This document shows, one piece after another, positions 9,133 through 17,285 of a stretch of DNA of 64,000 bases. Source of the stretch: Bacillota bacterium (lineage in GTDB: Bacteria > Bacillota > Sulfobacillia > JAJYWN01); the NCBI GenBank assembly GCA_021791495.1, contig JAJYWN010000016.1, positions 38,970 to 102,969 on the forward strand, written 5' to 3'. The first letter of the stretch is position 1; every line of letters begins with the position of its first letter. Under the pieces are notes generated by a model. The model was not told the DNA's origin. It saw only the letters and a list, made by a program, of their open reading frames with translations, and made no database searches. Made by a program: the position numbers and the translations under genes.

Positions 9133-9606
9133 CTAGAGTCCCAATTTCTCGAAAAGGAGTCCCACCGGGAACCGGACCTCCAATAGACGGGCGAAAACGA
9201 GGTAGAAGGCCAGTGGGACCCCGATCCCCCAGCGGATGGCCGACCGCCAAGAGGCCTTGGCCTCGTAGCGTAGCATGAACGCCATGAATAGGGCCAGGCC
9301 GATCAGCATCCCGAAATACCCGGTAATAAGCACCATGGCTACGGACCCGGCCGTCACCCGCAGGACACGCCCGAGTCCCTCACGGCCTTCGATGAACGGC
9401 AGACCCGGCCCGCCGGAATTCCGGTCTATCAGGAGACCGCCGAAGACAATGACCCCGCAGACGATCAGGAACAAGCCCACCCAAAACGAAGCGAAGCCTG
9501 GGCCGGGCACGCCTTCAAGGTAATAGGACAGGCCCAGCGAGGCAACGGTGATGTATGTGCCCACCGCCGTGATGGCAGAAGCCATGATGATGTTGGCCGT
9601 CCTCAA
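9133..9606 (-). CDS. tctB: Tripartite tricarboxylate transporter small permease
   Basis: 157 aa, about 4 TM, GVPGPGF motif, C-terminal LLEVRFPVG; lies between tctC and tctA. Confidence 0.88.
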   Translation of the reverse strand: MRTANIIMASAITAVGTYITVASLGLSYYLEGVPGPGFASFWVGLFLIVCGVIVFGGLLIDRNSGGPGLPFIEGREGLGRVLRVTAGSVAMVLITGYFGMLIGLALFMAFMLRYEAKASWRSAIRWGIGVPLAFYLVFARLLEVRFPVGLLFEKLGL

Positions 9607-9692
9607 GCGATGCTCACTTCCTTCCGAAAACGCGCGGCTCCAGGTGAACCAAGCTGCCCGGGGCGCTGTAAGACGCTGGATTGAGAGGCGAG

Positions 9693-9725
9693 AGGAGAGG
9701 CTGCCGGAGCATGGCAGCCTCTCCT
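9693..9725. other. 13-bp perfect hairpin between tctC and tctB
   Basis: AGGAGAGGCTGCC-ggagcat-GGCAGCCTCTCCT; no U-tract on the minus strand. Confidence 0.6.
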
Positions 9726-9741
9726 TCTCTAGACGGACTCG

Positions 9742-10737
9742 TTACTTGATCTGCCCCAGGGCCTTGAACACTGTGGTGTACAGGTCGTTCATCTGTTTGA
9801 CGGCGGTGGCGAAGGTCTTCGAATCCATGAAAGCCGGGGTGATCAGGTTCTTCTCAACATAGTCCTTGGTCCACTTGGAGCTCTGAGACATCTTCTGGAA
9901 AGCGGTTTCAAGGATCTTCACGTCCTCAGGCGGGAAGTCCTTGGGACCGAGCACGCCACGGAGTTGCTTGAAGATGACTGTCCCATAACCCAGTTCCTTG
10001 AAGGTCGGGGTGTCCTTCAGCGCGCCGCCCAGGCGGACGTCGGTGGCGACGGCCAACGGGATCATCTTTTTGGCTTCGATCTGAGCCATGGCCTCGCCGG
10101 GGTTGGCGATGGTCATGTCGGTGTGGCCGCCCATGACGTCGGTGACGGCCTCAGCGCCGCTGTTGAACGGGATGTAGTTGAAGGTGACACCGGCCTCCTT
10201 TTCAAGGAGATAGGTCACCACACGGTCATCGGAGGTGGCGCCGGTCCCGGCCACGCTGAGGGTCTTGGGCGGAGCCTTCTTGGCCGCGTCGATGATGTCT
10301 TTCAGGGACTTGTACTTCGACTTGTCGTTCACGAGGAGGACGTAAGTGTCATAAGCAAGCCCGACGATGGGGGTGAAGGAGTCGGTCTTGACGTCGGACT
10401 TTCCCAGGAGCGGGGTGGTCCACCAGCTGGAGCTGACGGTGCCGAGGGTGTAAGGAACGTCGGCCTTCTGCTTGTCGCGGATGTAGGCGTAGCCCACGGC
10501 GCCGGAGCCACCGGCCTTATTCATGACAGTCAGGGGCTGCTTGAGAAGTTTCTCAGCGTCAAAGACCGAAGCGATGGCACGGGCCAACAGGTCGCTGCCG
10601 CCGCCCGGGTTGAACGGGACCACAAACTCGATCGCCTTGCTCGGGTAGGGTTTGGAGCCGCAACCGGCCAGGAAAGTGGTAGCCAAGAGTGCGGCGACCA
10701 TGGCCAGCGCCAGGAAACGGACTCTTGCGGACTTCAC
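9742..10737 (-). CDS. tctC: Tripartite tricarboxylate transporter substrate-binding lipoprotein (Bug family)
   Basis: Lipobox LAGC; YPSKAIEFVVPFNPGGGSD; NKAGGSG; YIPFNSGAEA. Confidence 0.93.
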   Translation of the reverse strand: MKSARVRFLALAMVAALLATTFLAGCGSKPYPSKAIEFVVPFNPGGGSDLLARAIASVFDAEKLLKQPLTVMNKAGGSGAVGYAYIRDKQKADVPYTLGTVSSSWWTTPLLGKSDVKTDSFTPIVGLAYDTYVLLVNDKSKYKSLKDIIDAAKKAPPKTLSVAGTGATSDDRVVTYLLEKEAGVTFNYIPFNSGAEAVTDVMGGHTDMTIANPGEAMAQIEAKKMIPLAVATDVRLGGALKDTPTFKELGYGTVIFKQLRGVLGPKDFPPEDVKILETAFQKMSQSSKWTKDYVEKNLITPAFMDSKTFATAVKQMNDLYTTVFKALGQIK

Positions 10738-11150
10738 TAAACGGACCTCCTTCCACTTCTAGGGAACCTCAATCTCCGTCACGACAACTCAGTCACGACA
10801 ACGCCAAAGTCCTGGGAGCAACAGGAAAATAAGGAATGTCCTCTCGCTGGTTTTCCTAGAATCACCTCTTTTCCTTTGGTCACTAGAGGAATTAGAGGCA
10901 AAAAGCAGGCCTTTTGGCTATCTTTTGTTATCATACCACATTTTGCATCATTATCACTAGAGAAGAGCCACTTGGGACTAATGTCACAGTACCCCTCCCA
11001 CTAGGCCGTCCGTGGCAAAGAAGACCAGTTAAAGGTGGCAAGCCGGCGCCGGACTAGATTCAGGCAGGATGCGGGGCCGGAGAGGTGGAAGCAATCCACC
11101 GTCATGTCGACCGCATAACGGTAGCTGGAAATAGGAGAGGGGGACGGCAG

Positions 11151-13298
11151 GTGGGCCCATACAGCATCCTTCTGCTCGGCGCGCCGGCGATGCAGGGGCC
11201 GGACGGCCCCGTCCCCATCCCGAACATTAAGGCCCAAGCCCTGCTCTGGTACTTGGCGGAGCAAGGCGACCGGCCGTTCTTCCGCGCCCACCTGGCATCG
11301 CTCCTATGGGACTCCGACAGCGAGACCGATCGGCGGAACAGCCTGAACTCAACTCTTTCCAGGATGCGCAAAGCCCTTCCACTATGGCCTTTTCTCTCCG
11401 ACCGCGACCGGTTGGCGTGGGACCGGGGGAAAGGGGTAGCGGTGGACACGGAGCAGCTGGCCGCACTGCTCAGGACGGTGCGCCGGGAGGCGCGGGCTTT
11501 TGGAGCCGGTCCGTCGCGCGCCGATCGCGACCGCCTGGCGGCCGCCGTTGCCCTCTGGCGGGGGCCCTTTCTGGCGGGCTTTGAAGTTCCCGGCGACACT
11601 CTTTACGACGAGTGGTTGGACCAGAAACGTAACCTGTATGAGACTCTGACGCTGGATACATTGTCACAGTTGATCCAAATGGATGAAATGGCCGCGGCGT
11701 GGCCCGAGATGGCCTCCCGGGCCAGGCAGGCCATGGCCATCGACCCCCTTCAGGAGACCTTTCACCGCTCATTGATGACCGCTCTCTATCAGCTGGGCGA
11801 CCGCGCCGCGGCCTTGGCTCAGTATTCGGAATGCCGGCGCCTTCTGGCGGAAGAACTCGGGACGGAACCTGACCCGGCCACCAGCGCCCTCCGTGACATC
11901 ATTGCCAAAGGCCGCTTGCTGCGCCCATCGGGAGTGTCTCTTGGGGGCCTGACAGAAATGGTTGGTACTTCCAGCCCAGGCGTTCGCGACTCCGGGCTCG
12001 CGGCTCCCGGCACGGTGGTAGAGGGCCTGCCGGCGGCGACCGCGCCGGCCGGCCCCGTGCCGGCCGGTGATAGACCCAAGCTGCCCTCAAGCCAGACTGT
12101 CGGCCCAGCTGCCGGCCCAGTCGCGGTCCGGGTGGGTGCGGTCGCCACCGCCTTTGCCAAGCGGACCCTATTGGTCGGGCGGGAGAGGGAACTCGAATCC
12201 TTGTCCGGCGCCATGACCGCCACGGAGCGGAATCGGCAGACCGTCATCTTCCTGTGCGGTGAGGAGGGCGCCGGCAAGACTCGGCTGGTGGAGGAGATCG
12301 AAGCTCGCTGGCGGAGAGAAAGACCACCGGGATCCTGGTTCACCGCTCGCTGCGCCGAGGAGTTGCGGAATCTGCCGCTGGCGCCCCTGGTGGCGGCGTT
12401 GGACCTGGCGGTCAAGGGACTCGTGACTAACCGGGCAGGTCTTAGTTCAGACACCGTTGCCACCTTGGCCCGGTTGTTCCCTGAGAGCATAGGCCCGGTG
12501 GCCGGTTTCCCGTTGCTTCCCGAACCGGGCGCCGATGAATCACGCCGGCGTTCCTTTCAGGCGCTGGCGGATTTCCTGGAGGCTTTGCCGCATCCCACGG
12601 TGTTGGTGATCGAGGACAGCCAGTGGGCAGACGCCGATACTTGGTCTTTCATCGCGTTCCTGGCACGGCGCGCCACGAACAGTCCGCCGGTTGTCCTGGT
12701 CACGGCCCGGTCGAGCGACCTTCCCGAAGGAGGAAGGGCCCTGCTTGAACGGATGCAGCACGAGGGAGAGTTGACGCGCCTGGAACTTGGCCCTTTGTCC
12801 GGAGCGGCCGTGCAGGCGTTGGCGGTGGCCGCCGGGATGCCGCTCTCCCCAGCCGCGACGAAGACCCTGTCCTCCTTCACCGGCGGAAACCCGTGGTTCA
12901 CCGTGGAGACCCTGCGAGCCGCGGCGGACACCGGGTGGCCTCAGACAGTAGTGGGTGAGGGTCGGGTCGACAGTGGCAGCCCGGTCTGGCCAGTGCCCGC
13001 CGCGATCCGAGCAAGCGTGTCCACCCGGTTGGCGCGACTGTCCCCGGCGGCCCGCGAGGTGGCTTTGGTCGCTTCCGTCAGTCCGGAGGGCCTGCCTTTT
13101 GAGGATATCCTGCAGGCCACGGCGCTTTCGGAGTTCGATGCGCTAGAGGGTCTGGAAGTCCTGGTCCAGTCGGGTACCCTGGAAGAGCGCACGACAGGGG
13201 AGATTGCTTTCCGGTGCGATCTGATCCGACAGGCCGTGCTGGCGTCCATGAGCAGGGCGCGTCGGGAAAGCCTCGGGCGAAAGACGGCTTCCAAGTAA
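11151..13298 (+). CDS. SARP/AfsR-type regulator: wHTH + BTAD + AAA ATPase
   Basis: KAQALLWYLA, AAVALWRGPFL, DPLQETFHRSLMTALYQLGDRAAALAQY, Walker A GEEGAGKT, Walker B LVIEDSQWAD. GTG 11151 follows AGGAGAGGGG; the ORF track starts at 11085. Confidence 0.88.
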   Translation: MGPYSILLLGAPAMQGPDGPVPIPNIKAQALLWYLAEQGDRPFFRAHLASLLWDSDSETDRRNSLNSTLSRMRKALPLWPFLSDRDRLAWDRGKGVAVDTEQLAALLRTVRREARAFGAGPSRADRDRLAAAVALWRGPFLAGFEVPGDTLYDEWLDQKRNLYETLTLDTLSQLIQMDEMAAAWPEMASRARQAMAIDPLQETFHRSLMTALYQLGDRAAALAQYSECRRLLAEELGTEPDPATSALRDIIAKGRLLRPSGVSLGGLTEMVGTSSPGVRDSGLAAPGTVVEGLPAATAPAGPVPAGDRPKLPSSQTVGPAAGPVAVRVGAVATAFAKRTLLVGRERELESLSGAMTATERNRQTVIFLCGEEGAGKTRLVEEIEARWRRERPPGSWFTARCAEELRNLPLAPLVAALDLAVKGLVTNRAGLSSDTVATLARLFPESIGPVAGFPLLPEPGADESRRRSFQALADFLEALPHPTVLVIEDSQWADADTWSFIAFLARRATNSPPVVLVTARSSDLPEGGRALLERMQHEGELTRLELGPLSGAAVQALAVAAGMPLSPAATKTLSSFTGGNPWFTVETLRAAADTGWPQTVVGEGRVDSGSPVWPVPAAIRASVSTRLARLSPAAREVALVASVSPEGLPFEDILQATALSEFDALEGLEVLVQSGTLEERTTGEIAFRCDLIRQAVLASMSRARRESLGRKTASK

Positions 13299-13511
13299 CT
13301 AGGCCCACTGGTGTTGGAGAGCCGTTTGAGTCATGACCGAACGCCCCGGCTCCGCGGATTTTGGAACAGCAAACCATTGCAACAACGAACGACCGTTTTC
13401 TCCAATTCCTGCAGTATTTGGGTTACAGTTAGTTATGGGTTATGGTATGGTTAGGGTGCACCGTTATACTTCTTATTTACAGAACCTGTTTGGAGGACTC
13501 TGGAAGTCGCC

Positions 13512-15272
13512 ATGGCATTGACTGGTGGGCGCTACGCCGACAAGAAAGCCATCGACGTCCTACTGACCACGGAGGGCACGTATCCGGTGGCCCGTGGCGG
13601 CGTGGGCACTTGGTGCGACACGCTGATTCGAGGCGTACCCGGCGTGAATTACAGCGTCTACGTGGTCATGGCCCATCCCTACCTACCGGACCGTTATAAG
13701 ATTCCGAGCGGCGTCTCTGTGTTGCGTGTCCCGATGTGGGGCACGGAGGAGCCTACCGAACACCTGGACGTGCCGTTCTCGGAGATCTACGAACGGAAAC
13801 TGCGCACCACCCCGTCCGTGCTGACGGCGGATTTCCTGCCGATGGTCGACAGTTTCATGACCGACCTCTGGAACCCGGACCCAGATGGACACAGACTGGG
13901 TCAAACGATGTTCAGCATGTATCGCTGGTTCAAGATTCACGACTACATGGAGGCCATGAAGTCCCGTGAGGTCTGGGACTTCTTCATCCGGGGCCTACGC
14001 GAAGAGCGCTGGAACAAATTCCCGTCCCCGCCCACTTTGACCGATTGCGTCCAGTCCATGGGCTGGCTCTACCGCTTCTTCGTCGTTCTCACTACGCCCG
14101 TACCCCTTGCCGACGTGACCCATAGCTCGGCGGCGGCCTTCTCCGGGCTACCGGGAGTCCTGGCGAAACTGGACCGGAAGACACCGTACCTTCTGTCCGA
14201 GCACGGAGTGTACCTGCGCGAGCAGTACCTGTCCGTGGGAAAGTCGAAGATGACTGCCTACGCCAAGCAGTTTTTGATTGGACTGGTGCGCGGCACGGTC
14301 ACGGCCAACTACGCCCACGCCGACGTGGTGGCGCCCGTCGCCGCCTTCAACGCCAGGTGGGAGAGACGGTTCGGCGTGCCGGAGGACAAGATCCGCGTCA
14401 TCTATAATGGCGTCGATCCCAACGCCTTCAAGCCACGGCCGCGTCCCGAGAACACGGTGCCGACCGTCGTCACGCTGGCGCGCATCGACCCGCTGAAAGA
14501 CATCCTGACGCTGATCCGGTCAGCCGCCTACGTCCGCGAAAGGATGCCCGAGGCCAAGTTCGTGGTCTACGGCGGGGTTAGCGTACCCAGCTACTATCGG
14601 GAATGCCTCGAACTCCGCGACCAGTTGGGTCTACAGGAGAGCTTCATTTTCGCCGGGCATGTGGACGATGCACCGTCCGCCTACGCCAGCGGGGACCTGG
14701 TAGTTTTGTCAAGTGTCAGTGAGGGCTTCCCCTACACCGTGGTTGAGGCGATGATGTCCGGCCGCGCCGTGGTGGCCACGGACGTGGGCGGCACCAGGGA
14801 GGCCTGCGCGGGGGCCGGCCTCTTGGTTGAGCCCGGCAATCACGCGGAGATGGGCGAAGCAATCCTCCGTCTGCTCCATGATCCAGCCCTACGCGCGTCG
14901 CTGGCCGCGGAAGCCCGCGAAAGAGCGCTGGCTTACTTCACGATTCAGCAGAATCTGAACCTATATAGAAAAGCTTATGAGGATCTGGCGCAGCCAGAGG
15001 AAGTTTCGGTCGATGTGTCGAAATTTATCGGTCGCCGCCGCATGCTTGCGTTGGTGCGTGCCAGGGCCTTGCAGGCCATCGGCCGAAACGCGGAGGCCAT
15101 TCGGGAATACCGCGTCGCGGTCGACTTGGCACCTACGGACGCTACGGCGCCGGCGCTCCTTCTAACCATAGCCGAGCTTTATCTATCGCGCGGGGAAATT
15201 CAGCGCTCATGGCAAGAGATGGAAAGAGCGGAAGCGCTTGCGGCGGCGATTCGCCAACGGAGGGCAGGCTGA
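13512..15272 (+). CDS. pelF: PelF-like GT4 glycosyltransferase (DUF3492) with C-terminal TPR-like extension
   Basis: LLTTEGTYPVARGGVGTWCD, LSEHGVYLRE, IYNGVD, RIDPLKDILTL, SEGFPYTVVEAM; GGAGG RBS. Confidence 0.88.
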   Translation: MALTGGRYADKKAIDVLLTTEGTYPVARGGVGTWCDTLIRGVPGVNYSVYVVMAHPYLPDRYKIPSGVSVLRVPMWGTEEPTEHLDVPFSEIYERKLRTTPSVLTADFLPMVDSFMTDLWNPDPDGHRLGQTMFSMYRWFKIHDYMEAMKSREVWDFFIRGLREERWNKFPSPPTLTDCVQSMGWLYRFFVVLTTPVPLADVTHSSAAAFSGLPGVLAKLDRKTPYLLSEHGVYLREQYLSVGKSKMTAYAKQFLIGLVRGTVTANYAHADVVAPVAAFNARWERRFGVPEDKIRVIYNGVDPNAFKPRPRPENTVPTVVTLARIDPLKDILTLIRSAAYVRERMPEAKFVVYGGVSVPSYYRECLELRDQLGLQESFIFAGHVDDAPSAYASGDLVVLSSVSEGFPYTVVEAMMSGRAVVATDVGGTREACAGAGLLVEPGNHAEMGEAILRLLHDPALRASLAAEARERALAYFTIQQNLNLYRKAYEDLAQPEEVSVDVSKFIGRRRMLALVRARALQAIGRNAEAIREYRVAVDLAPTDATAPALLLTIAELYLSRGEIQRSWQEMERAEALAAAIRQRRAG

Positions 15273-15297
15273 ACGGCACGGAAAGGGTGGGTGTCAC

Positions 15298-15834
15298 GTG
15301 AGCGGTACGACATCCTTACGGCGGCGCATGATGGGGTACTCCCCTGCCGCCGTGGCCGAAGCGTTGCGGCAAGGCCAGGAACGCCATAACCAGGAGATGG
15401 AGCGTCTCCGGCAGGAGCTCGAGAAGTTGCGGGAGAAATCGGCGGCCCTGTCCAGGCAGATTTCGGCGGCCGAGGCCAAAGCCCAGAGCACCGACGTCCT
15501 GGTCCACACTTTGACCGCCCGTATCCTGGAATGGGTTAATCAGCGGGCCGGTGCCGTTAAGGCCCTTGCTGAGCGTGATACCCGGGCCGAGAGTGAACTG
15601 CGGTCCGAATTGGAGAGGCTGCACGCCGTGCTGACGCACCTTCAGGAATCTCAGTCCAGGTTTGGCAATGAACTCAGCAGTCTGATGCGGCGCTTCCGCG
15701 ATGAGGTCGTGTCCTTGCGGGTCGGACTTCCGTCATCCTCGCCGGCGAACAGCGCGTTGTCTGAAGTGGCGGCCGGGCCACGGACCCAGATGCCTTCTCT
15801 TCCAGGGGAACGGAAGGAGTCCGCTATCAGATGA
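15298..15834 (+). CDS. DivIVA-like coiled-coil protein
   Basis: N-terminal RRRMMGYSPAAV resembles the DivIVA F-x4-GY-x3-V head, followed by a heptad coiled coil; GTG start. Confidence 0.6.
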   Translation: MSGTTSLRRRMMGYSPAAVAEALRQGQERHNQEMERLRQELEKLREKSAALSRQISAAEAKAQSTDVLVHTLTARILEWVNQRAGAVKALAERDTRAESELRSELERLHAVLTHLQESQSRFGNELSSLMRRFRDEVVSLRVGLPSSSPANSALSEVAAGPRTQMPSLPGERKESAIR

Positions 15835-17285
15835 CCCGGGCAGACCGTAAGAGGGCCGGGTTGCCTGTGGAGCGACTCGGGAGAAGCTTTATCGGTCTGG
15901 ATCCCGCGGTGGTGGAGGACGTCCTTCGCCATCAGTCGGCGGAGGACGCACGCCAGCAACTCTTCCTTCAGGAGCTAGTCAAGGCTGAACAGGCCCAGCA
16001 GGAACGGCTGCGGTCTCGCCTGACGTCGGTCGAGAACGACCTGCGCGTCGAGGAGGCGCAGGCCGCCCACCTGGAAAGCGCCGCGAAACTGGCCGATGAT
16101 ACCGGTGAGATCATCCGTGAGGCTGTCCAGCGCTATCTGAATGTCCTGGAGGGCGAGGCGGCCGAGCGGCGCAGCGGGTTGGAGATGCGTGTTTCCGAAC
16201 TCCGCGACCAGGTCCGGCAAAGTATCCGGCAGCTCGAACTGGCCGCCGAGCAGATGGGCGCTCTGAAGGGGGGAGACCGCTCGGGCCTAATGGCGGGCTT
16301 CCCCGGATCGATTGGGCTAAACCCGGCTACGTCCCTCGTGCCACCGGTACCCGCAATTCGTCGTTCGGAGTCTCCTCCGGACGTTCCGCCTCCGAGTCCG
16401 CTCCGAGCCCCGGCGACGGTCCAGAGTCCGGCGGCCGACCGCTCACCCGCCGACCAGCGGTCGAACCCTGGTTCAGGTGGTCGGGTGGTGCTTTTCCGGG
16501 CTGCCTCCGCGCATGAAAATGAACCCGACACAGAACCGCGGCCGGCTGAGCCTGAGTTGGCCGGACGGGAGCGGTCCGATGAGCCGCCGGCGGCTGGTTA
16601 TCTTCCGGTGTCGCCAGCATACCAGTCCTTCGGGAGGTCGGCGGCCACCGACTTCACCGAAGGCTCGGACACAAGGGGGGAGGAGCCGCCGGCGCTGTTC
16701 CCGGTCCCCCCGATCCCGACGACCGACGAGAGACTGGAGGGCGACCCGAAGCCGGCGGTACCGGCTGCGACGTCACCACCGGTCCGAATGAGAGCGCCTC
16801 CCCCGGCCCTTGAGGACAGCCACGCGACCACCGTGCCGGTAAGCGCTGGACCAGCAAGGACGAGCCTGTTCGCTACGGCGTCCCCAGCCGAGCCCGAGAC
16901 GGCCGCCCCGCCCGGGGTCGCACCTCGATCCGCGGCAGCCGGCGCCCCGGAAGGGGATGCACCGGTCGAGGCCGTCCCAGCCGCCGCGACCGCGGTAAGC
17001 GCCCCCAGCGCGCCAGGGGGCGACGCCCCACCGAAGATAGCCCAACCCGCTCCGGCCCCTTCCGCTGCGCAGATGGCCGCCGGCATCAAAGGCCGTCTGG
17101 CTTTGAGCATGGCCAGGCTTCTCGATGGGAAGGTCGTTGGAACGGACCTCCGGGATGATGGCGGGAACCTAGTCGCGGCCCGCGGCACGCCGATCACGTC
17201 CGAAGTGACGGCGAAAGCCGAGGCGGCGGGACTCTTACCCGACCTGATTCTTCATATGGTGTGGCCCGAGGAAGTGGAGGCGTGA
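15831..17285 (+). CDS. DivIVA-like coiled coil + Pro/Ala-rich linker + conserved-looking C-terminal domain
   Basis: RSFIGLDPAVVEDVL head, coiled coil, long disordered region, C-terminal LLDGKVVGTDLRDDGGNLVAARGTPITSEVTAKAEAAGLL; ATGA overlap with the previous gene. Confidence 0.7.
   Translation: MTRADRKRAGLPVERLGRSFIGLDPAVVEDVLRHQSAEDARQQLFLQELVKAEQAQQERLRSRLTSVENDLRVEEAQAAHLESAAKLADDTGEIIREAVQRYLNVLEGEAAERRSGLEMRVSELRDQVRQSIRQLELAAEQMGALKGGDRSGLMAGFPGSIGLNPATSLVPPVPAIRRSESPPDVPPPSPLRAPATVQSPAADRSPADQRSNPGSGGRVVLFRAASAHENEPDTEPRPAEPELAGRERSDEPPAAGYLPVSPAYQSFGRSAATDFTEGSDTRGEEPPALFPVPPIPTTDERLEGDPKPAVPAATSPPVRMRAPPPALEDSHATTVPVSAGPARTSLFATASPAEPETAAPPGVAPRSAAAGAPEGDAPVEAVPAAATAVSAPSAPGGDAPPKIAQPAPAPSAAQMAAGIKGRLALSMARLLDGKVVGTDLRDDGGNLVAARGTPITSEVTAKAEAAGLLPDLILHMVWPEEVEA

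Noticed and set aside
13369-13378. GCAAACCATT upstream of pelF as a c-di-GMP-I riboswitch
   Set aside because: The following GNRA stem and GACGCAAAGC segment are absent. The same applies to GGGCAAAC near 43531.
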